Shown here: positions 39,320 through 49,492 of the stretch, one piece after another
Numbering within the stretch: the first letter of the stretch is position 1
Layout of the letters: each line of letters starts with the position of its first letter
Origin: Spirochaetota bacterium
GTDB taxonomy: Bacteria; Spirochaetota; UBA12135; COTS27; CBDBHE01
NCBI GenBank assembly: GCA_965205605.1
Contig: CBDBHE010000008.1
Span: 40,695 to 104,694, forward strand
Direction of reading: 5' to 3'
DNA: 64,000 nucleotides
Position numbers and translations under genes: made by a program
The notes under the pieces: generated by a model
The model's input: only the letters and a program-made list of their open reading frames with translations
What the model was told of the DNA's origin: nothing
Databases searched by the model: none

Positions 39320-41245
39320 ATGAATTTTTTAAATCCTGTTATCCAAAACCGATATAAAAGAATCCATTCCATTGGAGTAAAAGTTGGTTCTATCACTATC
39401 GGGGCAAGTCATCCTATAGTAATCCAATCAATGACGATCTCCGATACAATGAATACTAAAAAAACAGTAGAGGAAATTATTAGTATTAAAAATACTGGAG
39501 CTCAGTTAGTGCGACTAACAACCCCCAATTTAAAAACTGCTGAAAATTTAGAAGATATTAAAAATCTATTAGAAAAAAAAAATTGTAAAATTCCTCTTGT
39601 AGCAGATATTCATTTTACCCCAAAAGCAGCAGAAATTGCAGCTAAAATTGTTGAAAAAGTTCGTATTAATCCAGGAAATTATGTCGACCGAAAACAATTT
39701 AATCTTAAAAAATATTCTGATAAAGAGTATCAAAAAGAAATTAAACGTATCGAAGACAGATTCATTCCTCTTATCAAAATATGCAAAAAATATAAAACAG
39801 CCCTTCGTATCGGCACCAATCATGGTTCTCTTTCAGATAGAATTATCAGTCAGCATGGAGACAACCCTAAAGGAATGGTCGAGTCAGCTTTTGAATTCAT
39901 TAAAATTTGTGAAAATAATCATTTTGATCAAATTGTTATTTCAATGAAATCTTCTAATCCTATCGTCATGGTGCAAGCTTATCGACTTTTAAGTGAAAGA
40001 ATGAGAAAAAATAAAGTTTATTATCCACTTCATCTCGGCGTTACCGAAGCAGGAGATGGACAAGAAGGAAGAATCAAATCAGCTGTTGGAATAGGCACTC
40101 TTTTAGCAGATGGGATCGGGGACACAATTAGAGTTTCTTTAACAGAAAAAGCTGAAAAAGAAGTCATTGTTTGTAAAAAAATTATCGAGTATTTTGATTT
40201 TAAAAAAAATGATTTACTTCATTTACAAGACATTCCTTGTTCTTTTAACCCTTATGAGTTTTCAAGAAGACAAACAAACACCATTAATCATATAGGAAGC
40301 AATCAAGTCCCAAAGATTATTCTCTCTTCTAAAGAAGCCATTTTAAAAATAGAAGATTTAAAGCAATATCAAATCACTAAAATAAAAGATATTGACAAAT
40401 GGAAAAGTGGAGAATTTGCTCCTGATGCTATCTTTTTAAATAGAGAAACAGATTTTATAAATGAACCTATTGGCATTCCATTTATTATGCCTTATGTCAA
40501 TTGGGAAAAAAAAAACAATCAAAATAATTACCCTTATTATGATTGCTTCGGAAGCTTTTTAAATAGTTCTAAAAAAAGTGATGTCAGTAATTTTATACAT
40601 TTTTCTATTAATGATATTAACAAATTCAATCAAGACACTATTAAACTTTTAGAAAAACACCCCTGTGTTTTTGTTTTAGAAGCAATCAAAAAACATACTA
40701 GTCAAGAAGTAAGAAATATTATTTTTCATTTTCATCAAAAAAAAATATTCACACCAATAATATTGATAATAAAAAATAAACCAAAAAAAGACTTTGAAAA
40801 CGAAGCCACTGAACAAGCTCTACAAGCAGGGCCTTTATTAATAGATGGTCTTTTAGATGGCTTATGGATGGAGCAGGCAAATGAAGAAAGTATTAAAGTC
40901 GCCTATAACATCCTTCAAGCAAGTAGATCTCGTATTTCAAAACCTGATTATATTTCTTGCCCTTCTTGCGGAAGGACACTTTTTGATTTACAAGAAGTCA
41001 CTGCCAAAATCAAATCCAAAACCTCTCATTTAAAAGGCGTCAAAATAGCAATTATGGGCTGTATTGTTAATGGACCTGGAGAAATGGCTGATGCAGATTT
41101 TGGGTATGTAGGTTCGGGGCCTGGAAAGATCACCCTTTATAAAAAAAAAGAAATCATTAAACGCAATATTCCTTCAGAAAAAGCCGTCGATGCACTTGTT
41201 GATTTACTTAAAGAAAACAATGCTTGGAAAGCTCCTGTTTCGTAA
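39320..41245 (+). CDS. ispG: 4-hydroxy-3-methylbut-2-enyl diphosphate synthase, long form with insert domain
   Basis: TIM-barrel N-domain and C-terminal 4Fe-4S region with YISCPSCGRT...GCIVNGPGE; 641 aa indicates the long GcpE type. Confidence 0.9.
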   Translation: MNFLNPVIQNRYKRIHSIGVKVGSITIGASHPIVIQSMTISDTMNTKKTVEEIISIKNTGAQLVRLTTPNLKTAENLEDIKNLLEKKNCKIPLVADIHFTPKAAEIAAKIVEKVRINPGNYVDRKQFNLKKYSDKEYQKEIKRIEDRFIPLIKICKKYKTALRIGTNHGSLSDRIISQHGDNPKGMVESAFEFIKICENNHFDQIVISMKSSNPIVMVQAYRLLSERMRKNKVYYPLHLGVTEAGDGQEGRIKSAVGIGTLLADGIGDTIRVSLTEKAEKEVIVCKKIIEYFDFKKNDLLHLQDIPCSFNPYEFSRRQTNTINHIGSNQVPKIILSSKEAILKIEDLKQYQITKIKDIDKWKSGEFAPDAIFLNRETDFINEPIGIPFIMPYVNWEKKNNQNNYPYYDCFGSFLNSSKKSDVSNFIHFSINDINKFNQDTIKLLEKHPCVFVLEAIKKHTSQEVRNIIFHFHQKKIFTPIILIIKNKPKKDFENEATEQALQAGPLLIDGLLDGLWMEQANEESIKVAYNILQASRSRISKPDYISCPSCGRTLFDLQEVTAKIKSKTSHLKGVKIAIMGCIVNGPGEMADADFGYVGSGPGKITLYKKKEIIKRNIPSEKAVDALVDLLKENNAWKAPVS

Positions 41246-41281
41246 AAGAAAACCCTTTATCTTATCAGAAAAAAAATATTG

Positions 41282-42037
41282 TTAATTAGGATCTGTTAAA
41301 ATTACAACTGAATCCTCTGTAATAGCAATCGTATGTTCAAATTGAGCAGATATTGTTTCATCTGCTGTATACACAGTCCACCCGTCATACTTATCAATAG
41401 TAACATCACTGCTCCCTTCATTAATCATCGGTTCAATCGTAAAAGTCATGCCCGGTTTAAGCTTTAAACCCCTTTTTTTTTGACTATAATAAGGAACAAA
41501 AGGATGTTCATGAAACTCTTTACCAATCCCATGACCTCCTAATTTTCTCACAATTCCATACCCAAAAGGGTTAAGATATTCACTCACTGTATTTCCAATA
41601 TCATTTAAATACCCATTCTTTTTAACAGCTTCAATACCAGCCCACATCGCTTTTTCAGCTCGTTTGACTAAAAGGCTTGTGGATTCAGCAACTTTACCTA
41701 CCATAAACGTTTTAGAAGTGTCCCCATGATATTCCTCTAGTAAGAGAGTAATATCAATATTAATAATATCTCCTTCTCTTAACACTTTTTTTGAATTAGG
41801 AATCCCATGACAAACAACATGATTAACAGAAGTACAAATACTTTTTGGAAAACCATTATAATGCAAAGGAGCGTGTTTAATGTTGCGTTTATTAGCCCAA
41901 GTAACACAAAAATCATTTAATACTTGTGTTGAAATACCTGCTTTTACAAGACCACCTACTTCTTCAAGCAATTGTCCTGCTAATCTTCCGACTTTTCTCA
42001 TTTTTTTAATTTCATCAACTGTTTTAATGATTAACAT
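41282..42037 (-). CDS. map: Methionine aminopeptidase, type I
   Basis: 251 aa; metal-ligand context GDIINIDIT...HGIGKEFHEHP...TFTIEPM. Confidence 0.9.
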   Translation of the reverse strand: MLIIKTVDEIKKMRKVGRLAGQLLEEVGGLVKAGISTQVLNDFCVTWANKRNIKHAPLHYNGFPKSICTSVNHVVCHGIPNSKKVLREGDIINIDITLLLEEYHGDTSKTFMVGKVAESTSLLVKRAEKAMWAGIEAVKKNGYLNDIGNTVSEYLNPFGYGIVRKLGGHGIGKEFHEHPFVPYYSQKKRGLKLKPGMTFTIEPMINEGSSDVTIDKYDGWTVYTADETISAQFEHTIAITEDSVVILTDPN

Positions 42038-42228
42038 TTATAAAAACTCAAAAAAAAAAAACTAAAAATCAAATTTATTTAATAAAATTTTTTTATTACT
42101 AAAAAAACTTAAAATAAAGCGATTTGACTTATCAAATAAATAATAATACGATAAAATTGTATTGCTTTAAGTGAAATTATTATTCAAACTATAAAAAACC
42201 TTTAAATAGAAGTAGTATTTACCTAAAA

Positions 42229-42954
42229 ATGTTACAAACAGCCCAACTCACTTTTGAAAAAAATTATTCCCTTAAGCAATATGAAAAATCTATAGATTTT
42301 ATAGCAAAAAATAATTTTAAACAAGCCCTCTTTATTTTTGATGAATTGCTGAGAAAAAATGTATCAAGTCCACTTCTTTTTGACTTGATGAAATATATGC
42401 ATTTTTGGATTAATCGAGAAAAAGAAATTAATAATAAAAACAATGGAAGAGAAAAATCTCAATACTTACAAAAAGAATGGAATACTTTTGAAAAATTCAT
42501 TAAAGATAAAAAAATAGGAATTAATAATATTTTTTTTACTTTAAAAAAAACGATTCACAAAAAAATAAAAGAAGAATTAATTATAGAAATACAAAACTCT
42601 CATTACACAAATATAGACTCTCTTATTAATTTAGCAAAAATGATGAAAGAAGCAAAAGAAGAAAAAGAAGCTTTAGAAACTTTAAAATATGCTTTAAAAT
42701 TAAGTGAAAATAATTCTTCTGTATTTTTGTTATTGGGTGAATGCTACCAAGCATTAAAAGAAAAAGAAAAATCATCTTATTATTATAAAGAATTTTTTTT
42801 TTGGTCTGCTGAAGAAGAAATTGATTTAAAAGAAATTAAAGATTTAGAATTGATTAAACTTATTTTTCAATTAAGAGAAATGGGATTTAATGACAAAGAA
42901 ATTGTTTACTGGTTGCCTACTTATGCAAGAATTGAAAAATTTTTAAAAAATTAA
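42229..42954 (+). CDS. Hypothetical protein (alpha-helical, TPR-like)
   Basis: 241-aa ORF with no recognised catalytic motif; followed by a coding-like stretch interrupted by stops. Confidence 0.4.
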   Translation: MLQTAQLTFEKNYSLKQYEKSIDFIAKNNFKQALFIFDELLRKNVSSPLLFDLMKYMHFWINREKEINNKNNGREKSQYLQKEWNTFEKFIKDKKIGINNIFFTLKKTIHKKIKEELIIEIQNSHYTNIDSLINLAKMMKEAKEEKEALETLKYALKLSENNSSVFLLLGECYQALKEKEKSSYYYKEFFFWSAEEEIDLKEIKDLELIKLIFQLREMGFNDKEIVYWLPTYARIEKFLKN

Positions 42955-43206
42955 TAAAGCTTTAAGTAAAAAACAATTCAAAAAAGTAATCCAAAAAATA
43001 AAAGAAAGAGAACATGCTTATCAAGTTAATCCGACAAAAAAAAAAACTTAGAAGCTGTTTTAATTAATAGCTATTTATATATTATCGAACACTACTCCAT
43101 TACCGAAGGGTTTATTTGCGAAAATGTTTCTATTTTAATAAAAAAAATACAAAATCTTAATCCAACTATTTCAAAAAAATTAAACTTCATTTAAGTCATA
43201 CTTCCT

Positions 43207-43695
43207 ATGGAAATTATTAATACATTCAAAGAAAAATTAAAAGAAGACTTTATTACCAAGAAAGCAAACGAACAGTATTCTCTTAAAGATTTTCGAGAAG
43301 GCTTTGATTGGATAACAGAAGTGATTGAAAAAAAACTAGAAAAAGAAACTGAAGAAATTTTAAAAGATTACTTGAAAAAAAATGAATACTCTATTTTTTA
43401 TAACTATCTCCTAGCCAGTCTTTTTTATCGTTTAAAAATATCAAATGAAGACCTTAATAATAAACTTTTAAAAATAGCCTCTCAAACTCAAAAAGGAACC
43501 GTCCTTATCCATTTGGCAAAAGAGATCTTAAATCACTCGGTATCTTTAAATGCTTTAAATATCTTAGCTTTAGAATATGAAAAAGAACACGATGAAGATA
43601 ACCTTCTTGAAACTTGGGTTCAAATTTTAAAAATTGATAACATAAATACAACCCTTCCTAAAAGAATAGCTGCTTTAAAAGAAAAAAAAAAATGA
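43207..43695 (+). CDS. Hypothetical protein, N-terminal portion of a frameshifted gene
   Basis: 162-aa ORF ending KEKKK* inside an A11 tract (43682-43692); the +1 frame is open from 43679 to 45391. Confidence 0.5.
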   Translation: MEIINTFKEKLKEDFITKKANEQYSLKDFREGFDWITEVIEKKLEKETEEILKDYLKKNEYSIFYNYLLASLFYRLKISNEDLNNKLLKIASQTQKGTVLIHLAKEILNHSVSLNALNILALEYEKEHDEDNLLETWVQILKIDNINTTLPKRIAALKEKKK

Positions 43696-44050
43696 AACTA
43701 GTGAAGCCACTTATTATTATAAAATAGCTTTTATTAAAGCTTATGAATCAAAAGAAATTGAAGAAGCTTTAAAAATTTGGAAGCAATTATCAAAAATTAA
43801 CCCTAAAGATCCTGCTTTTTATCTTACTCAAGGTAAAAAAATAGCAAATAAACTAAACTCTGAAGAAAAAAGAAACTTATACAAATACATTATTAATTAT
43901 TATGAAAAAAATTTAGAAGGAAATGAAAAAGAATTTCTTTCTATTTTAAAATCAATTGTAAACAATAAAATTTTTCAAGAAAATCTTAATCATCTTTTAG
44001 CTAAGACTTACTCTAGACTCTATAAAAGCCACTCTCATTTAGAAGATGTT

Positions 44051-45391
44051 TTGGCAATGAGTGGTCTTACAAAAAAGAAGAACATCACAAAAGGAATCGA
44101 AATTTTTGAAAGTCATATTAAATATCACGTTGGAGCTTTTGTACTTCACAAAAGCTTTGGTCTTGGAATGATTGAATCAATTCAAAAACCTATGGGGAGT
44201 AAAATTTTTGACATGATCCAACAAACAAAATTAACTATCAAATTTGAAAAAAATAAAAATCACCCTATGAGTTTAAGGATCGCTATTAATTCTCTACAAG
44301 TTTTACCCGAAGAACATCTTCATGCTTTACACCATTTTAAAAAAGAAAAAATTAACGATATTTTAGAAAATCAAGAAAATTTCGCTTCTAGTATTTTGAA
44401 AACACTTGGAAAACCAGCCAGTGTTAAAGAGATAAAATCTCTTTTAATCCCTAAATTTATTGAAAATGCTAAATGGTCAGATGTATGGAAAAAACTAAAA
44501 GAAACTTTTCATCATTCTTCAAAATTTGAACTTAAAAATAAACATTATGACTTCTTTCAAGAATCTTTAAACATCGAATCAATAACGATAAAACTTTTTG
44601 AAAATAGCTCTTCACTAGAGAAAAAATATCATCAAATCGAATTTTATCTTATGCATTCTTCTAAATATAATGAAAATATATTAAATCAATTTACTGATTA
44701 CTTAAAAGAATATATCCAAAATAAAAAAGAAGATTCATTAAAAGCTCTTTTTTTACTTGAACACCTTATAAAAAGTTATCATTTAAAAATAACATTTGAT
44801 TTTGATCATTTTTTTAAAGCTCTCTTTGATATCCATTTAACTGAAAAAACATTTTCAAATTTAGAAACTAGTACTTTAAAAAACCTTTTTTTAAACTCTG
44901 TTTATAATTTAAAAAAAGTAAATTATGAAGAAACTATTTCTTTTTTACTAGAAAAAACTAATGTTGATAAAAAACAACTCATTATCGATCATGTCATTCA
45001 TAAGGGACAATATGAAATTTTAAAAACAATATTTGAAAATGCAACTAATCACTATACAAAATATCCTGAAACCTTTATTTTGCTTTCAAAGATCTTTATT
45101 GTTGACTATCCCCAACATTTTGATTTAAATAAAAGTAATGTTTTCTTAAAATTACTTAAAATAAGCTATGATCTCAACAAAGATTACACTCTCTCTAATA
45201 AAATTCTACATGGAAAAAAATTATTTTTACTCATCAAAAACTTTCTTTTTGAAGATGAAATTTTATTTGACCACCTTAAAAATGAAAAAAATAGTGAAAT
45301 TAAAAATAACATTTTTAAAGAATTAGAAAGTCTTTATTTTTTAGACAATTATTTAAAAGTTAAAATAAGAGAAGTTAGAGAAAAAGCCTAA
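44051..45391 (+). CDS. Hypothetical protein with CarD/TRCF-RID-like (Tudor-like) motif, C-terminal portion of a frameshifted gene
   Basis: Track ORF of 446 aa; its frame is stop-free for a further 124 codons upstream (43679-44050) with no ATG, so translation likely continues from the 43207 ORF. Motif YHVGAFVLHKSFGLGMIESI resembles the CarD / PcrA C-terminal Tudor-like signature. Confidence 0.5.
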   Translation: MAMSGLTKKKNITKGIEIFESHIKYHVGAFVLHKSFGLGMIESIQKPMGSKIFDMIQQTKLTIKFEKNKNHPMSLRIAINSLQVLPEEHLHALHHFKKEKINDILENQENFASSILKTLGKPASVKEIKSLLIPKFIENAKWSDVWKKLKETFHHSSKFELKNKHYDFFQESLNIESITIKLFENSSSLEKKYHQIEFYLMHSSKYNENILNQFTDYLKEYIQNKKEDSLKALFLLEHLIKSYHLKITFDFDHFFKALFDIHLTEKTFSNLETSTLKNLFLNSVYNLKKVNYEETISFLLEKTNVDKKQLIIDHVIHKGQYEILKTIFENATNHYTKYPETFILLSKIFIVDYPQHFDLNKSNVFLKLLKISYDLNKDYTLSNKILHGKKLFLLIKNFLFEDEILFDHLKNEKNSEIKNNIFKELESLYFLDNYLKVKIREVREKA

Positions 45392-45395
45392 AAAG

Positions 45396-46544
45396 TTAAT
45401 TTTTTTTAAACTCACTAGTTAACTCGATTAATAATTCACAACCTTTTTTTAAAACTTCATCTTTGACGGCAAAAGAAAGACGAAAATGAGTATCTTTTTC
45501 AGAAAAAACTTTTCCTGGAACAATCAGCAGATTTTTCTTAATCGCTACTTTAGAAAACTCATCTCCATTCCTCCAAGGACACTCAATAAAAAAATAAAAA
45601 GCTCCCTCTGCTTTAGAAAAATGAAAATCATTTTTTAAAGTTTCATAAACATAATTTCTTTTTTTCAAATACTTGGCAACTTGCTCATTTAAAATAGCAG
45701 TTACTTGTTTTCCATAAGCTAAAAGTACCATTTTTTGAGCTACCGAAGGAGAACAAACAAATGTATATTGTTGCAAATTACTCATTTGTTGAATGATTTC
45801 TCTAGGACCAATAGCATAACCAATTCGCCACCCTGTCATACTATGAGATTTTGAAAATCCATTGAGTAAAATCACTCGTTCGTACAAACCAAAAGGAGAG
45901 GGTAAAATACTTAAAGAAGCCGTCTCTTGATAATAAAATTTTTCATAAATTTCATCTGTAATAATATAAAAACCATGTTTTGAAACTAAAGAAATAATCT
46001 CTTTTATTTCTTTAGAAGAGCAAACTTTGCCTGTAGGATTACTTGGTGAATTAAGAATAATTGCTTTTGTTTTAGAAGTGACAAGAGATTTCAATTGATC
46101 AATTTTAATTGAAAAATCTGGATACGTATTAAGATACACCACTTTAGCTCCTAACCAAAGAGCCAATTGCTTGTACATCACAAAATAAGGATCTGTTATA
46201 ATGACTTCATCTCCTTGATTAAGTAAAACACTAAGGGTTAAAAAAATCCCACCTGAAACACCTGAAGTAATAATAAGATCTTGATTTAAAAGATCGGTTT
46301 TTCTTTCTTTTTTTATTTGGTCTTTAATTAACTCAATAAGAGCTTTGCTTCCTTGGGTTTGTGTATAACTATTGTCATCATTAAAAATAGCTTGCTTAGC
46401 AGCTACTTTCATAGGGGCAGGCAAATTAAAATGAGGTTGCCCAATGCTAAGATTAATGGGATTTTTGAGGTTTTTTGCCATATCAAAAATTTTTCGAATC
46501 CCAGAAGATTCAAAATCTTGCATTCTTTTTGAAATAAAAGACAT
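45396..46544 (-). CDS. PLP-dependent aminotransferase, class I (aspartate aminotransferase family)
   Basis: NPSNPTGK and SKSHSMTGWRIGYAIGP (PLP-binding Lys) motifs; 382 aa. Confidence 0.8.
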   Translation of the reverse strand: MSFISKRMQDFESSGIRKIFDMAKNLKNPINLSIGQPHFNLPAPMKVAAKQAIFNDDNSYTQTQGSKALIELIKDQIKKERKTDLLNQDLIITSGVSGGIFLTLSVLLNQGDEVIITDPYFVMYKQLALWLGAKVVYLNTYPDFSIKIDQLKSLVTSKTKAIILNSPSNPTGKVCSSKEIKEIISLVSKHGFYIITDEIYEKFYYQETASLSILPSPFGLYERVILLNGFSKSHSMTGWRIGYAIGPREIIQQMSNLQQYTFVCSPSVAQKMVLLAYGKQVTAILNEQVAKYLKKRNYVYETLKNDFHFSKAEGAFYFFIECPWRNGDEFSKVAIKKNLLIVPGKVFSEKDTHFRLSFAVKDEVLKKGCELLIELTSEFKKN

Positions 46545-49135
46545 TATTTTACAACAAAATTAACAAGTTTATTAGGAATATAGATTTCTTTAACAATTTT
46601 TTTTTCTTCAAACCATTTAGTTAAAATTTTTTCTTCTTTTGCTTTTTGAATCACAAACTCTTGAGTACTATTTAACGGAATAATGACTCGAGCTCTTAAT
46701 TTTCCATTCACTTGAATAATGATGGTTTGCTCGCTTTCTTGAAGATAGCTTAAATTATATTTAGGCCAAGTAGCATTATAAACTCTCCCTTCAAATTGCA
46801 TCATCAAAAATATTTCTTCTGCTATAAAAGGAGCAAAAGGAGACAAGACAATCAAAAAATCTCGTAACATTTCTTTAAAAAAATTTTTATCTTCTTTAGT
46901 TTTAGGAATAAAATTACAAGTCTCATTTAAAAAACTCATCATACTTGCAATAGCGGTATTAAATTGATAACGTTTATTAATATCTTCAGTAACTTTTTTA
47001 AGCATTTTATGAAAATTTCGTCTTATATTTAAAGTTTCCTCACTGAAGGCACCTTGTGAAAAATCACTTTCTTTTTTCTTTACTATCAAAAAAACCAACC
47101 CCTCATACCATCGCCAAAGTTTATTTAAAAAACGATAACAACCTTCAAGACCCTGAATATTCCATTCCAAATTTCTTTCCACAGGAGAGGCAAAAAGAAT
47201 AAACAACCTCACCGAATCAGCTCCGTAAAGTTTAATAATTTCTTCTGGAAAAACACCATTTTTTTTTGATTTAGACATTTTTTCCAAACGCCCTATCATG
47301 ACTTTTTTCTGATTTTTTTTTAAAAAAGCTCCTGTAATTTCTCCTTTGTTATTTTTTTTTAAGCTAACTTCATCAGCATAATAATAAATTTTATTTCCTT
47401 TATCATTAACGCGATAATAAGAATAATTACAAACCATTCCTTGCGTCAGCAATTTTTTAAAAGGTTCATTACAAACGGCAAGATTCATATCTCTCATTAC
47501 TTTATAAAAAAACCTAGCATATAAAAGATGCAAACAAGCATGCTCTATACCTCCTATATATAGATCTACTTGTTTCCAATAATTAGAAGCTTCCTTTGAA
47601 AAAGGACATTGTGAATTGTGTGGATCCATAAAACGCATAAAGTACCACGAAGAACAAGTAAAAGTATCCATTGTTTCTGTTTCTCTTATAACTTTTTTTC
47701 CATCTTTAAATTTCATTTTTTTAAAGCTTTCTAAAGATTTTAAAGATTGTATAGACCCTGCATCAAAACCAATGTCTTTTGGAAGAATAACAGGTAAATT
47801 TTTTTCATCAAGTGAAATAGGTTGATTGTTTTCATCATAAACAATCGGGATAGGATTTCCCCAGTAACGCTGCCTTGATATTAACCAATCCTTTAATTTA
47901 TATTGCGTTTTTCTTTTTCCTATTTTTTGTTTTTCAAGATAAGAAGTAATTTTCAAAATAGCTTCTTGGCTAGAGAGTCCTGTAAATAAACCTGAGTTAA
48001 CTAAAACACCTTTTTTTTCATAAGCTTCTTTCAAAGAGCTTTCTTGAATTGTTTTTTCCTTATTTTGTATCACCATTTTGATTGCAAGATCATAAGCTTT
48101 AGCAAATTCAAAATCTCTTTGGTCATGAGCTGGAACACACATAATCGCCCCTGTGCCATAAGAAGCTAAAACAAAATTAGCAATATACAAAGGTAATTTT
48201 TGCTTTGTTAATGGATGCGTGATAAAAACTCCTGTGAAAATGCCTTCTTTTTTATAAAATATGTTTTGGTTAATTTGAGAACACTTTTTAATAAAAGACT
48301 TAATTTCATTATATCGATCACTTTTTTTAATATAGGTTTCCAAATTTTTGTGATCAAAAGCAATTGCCACATAAGTTACTCCATAAAGTGTATCTGGACG
48401 TGTTGTAAAAATAGGAAAATCAATATCCCCATGTTTAAAAGTAATCAAAACCCCTTCACTTTTTCCAATCCAGTTTCGTTGCATTGTCAAAACTGTTTCT
48501 GGCCAATCTCCTTCTAATTGACTTAATCCTTCAAGAAGCTCTTCTTGATATTTTGTTATACGAAAAAACCATTGGGAAATTACTTTTTTCTCTATCAAAA
48601 CACCCGAACGCCATCCTTTACCATCAATCACTTGTTCATTAGCCAATACTGTTTTATCAACCGGATCCCAATTCACAGAAGCCTTTTTTCGATAAACCAA
48701 ACCCCTCCCATACATTTTTGTAAAAAACCATTGTCCCCAACGATAATAGTCAGAATCTGCTGTACTAATTTCATCTTCCCAGTGATAAGAAAAACCCATT
48801 TTTTCAAATTGCTTTTTCATATCCGTGATATTTTTTTGAATCCACTTATAAGGAGAAATTTGATGCTCAATGGCTGCATTTTCAGCAGGAAGACCAAAGG
48901 CATCCCATCCCATAGGGTGAAGGACATTAAATCCATTTAGTCGTTTAAATCGAGCTACGACATCCCCAATAGAGTAGTTTCTCACATGTCCCATGTGAAT
49001 ATTTCCACTAGGGTAAGGAAACATTTCAAGACAATAAAAAGGAGTTTTATTACTATCTTTGTCTTTTTTAAAGACCTTCTCTTCTTTAAAAATTTTACAC
49101 CATCTTTCTTCTATTGTTTTAAAATCATAAGACAT
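46544..49135 (-). CDS. leuS: Leucine--tRNA ligase
   Basis: FPYPSGNIHMGHVRNYSIGDV (HIGH region) and KMSKSKKNG (KMSKS); 863 aa. Confidence 0.95.
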   Translation of the reverse strand: MSYDFKTIEERWCKIFKEEKVFKKDKDSNKTPFYCLEMFPYPSGNIHMGHVRNYSIGDVVARFKRLNGFNVLHPMGWDAFGLPAENAAIEHQISPYKWIQKNITDMKKQFEKMGFSYHWEDEISTADSDYYRWGQWFFTKMYGRGLVYRKKASVNWDPVDKTVLANEQVIDGKGWRSGVLIEKKVISQWFFRITKYQEELLEGLSQLEGDWPETVLTMQRNWIGKSEGVLITFKHGDIDFPIFTTRPDTLYGVTYVAIAFDHKNLETYIKKSDRYNEIKSFIKKCSQINQNIFYKKEGIFTGVFITHPLTKQKLPLYIANFVLASYGTGAIMCVPAHDQRDFEFAKAYDLAIKMVIQNKEKTIQESSLKEAYEKKGVLVNSGLFTGLSSQEAILKITSYLEKQKIGKRKTQYKLKDWLISRQRYWGNPIPIVYDENNQPISLDEKNLPVILPKDIGFDAGSIQSLKSLESFKKMKFKDGKKVIRETETMDTFTCSSWYFMRFMDPHNSQCPFSKEASNYWKQVDLYIGGIEHACLHLLYARFFYKVMRDMNLAVCNEPFKKLLTQGMVCNYSYYRVNDKGNKIYYYADEVSLKKNNKGEITGAFLKKNQKKVMIGRLEKMSKSKKNGVFPEEIIKLYGADSVRLFILFASPVERNLEWNIQGLEGCYRFLNKLWRWYEGLVFLIVKKKESDFSQGAFSEETLNIRRNFHKMLKKVTEDINKRYQFNTAIASMMSFLNETCNFIPKTKEDKNFFKEMLRDFLIVLSPFAPFIAEEIFLMMQFEGRVYNATWPKYNLSYLQESEQTIIIQVNGKLRARVIIPLNSTQEFVIQKAKEEKILTKWFEEKKIVKEIYIPNKLVNFVVK

Positions 49136-49492
49136 TTTAAGATCCTACCTATTTATCAAAAAATTAAAAATAAGATGAAAATTAATAGCATGAATTAACT
49201 ATTAATTCTAATTAATTTTATACTCAAAAAAAACTAAGAAATATTTACTATTTTATTTTTTAAAAATTTTTGATTTTTAATGACTTCAAAAAAATAACAA
49301 TCTAAATATTCGACTTCTTTGTACTCTCTTCCATCATCGCCTGTTCTCCCCTCTTACTTTTTTTAAAAAAGGATGGTAATACACTTTACTTAAAATTATT
49401 TTCATTTCTTCAGTAGACTCTTTAAAATCTAGGTTATAAAAAATTAAATTAAATTTTTTCGCCTTTAAAAAAAAAGTATTTGATTGCTTTCT

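Noticed and set aside
47616-49198. Four plus-strand ORFs (69-131 aa) antisense to leuS
   Set aside because: They are nested antisense in a highly conserved synthetase gene with no independent coding signal.
49136-49492. T-box leader or Rho-independent terminator in the leuS upstream region
   Set aside because: No T-box consensus (AGGGTGGNACCGCG-like) and no GC-rich stem followed by a U-run could be found by eye.
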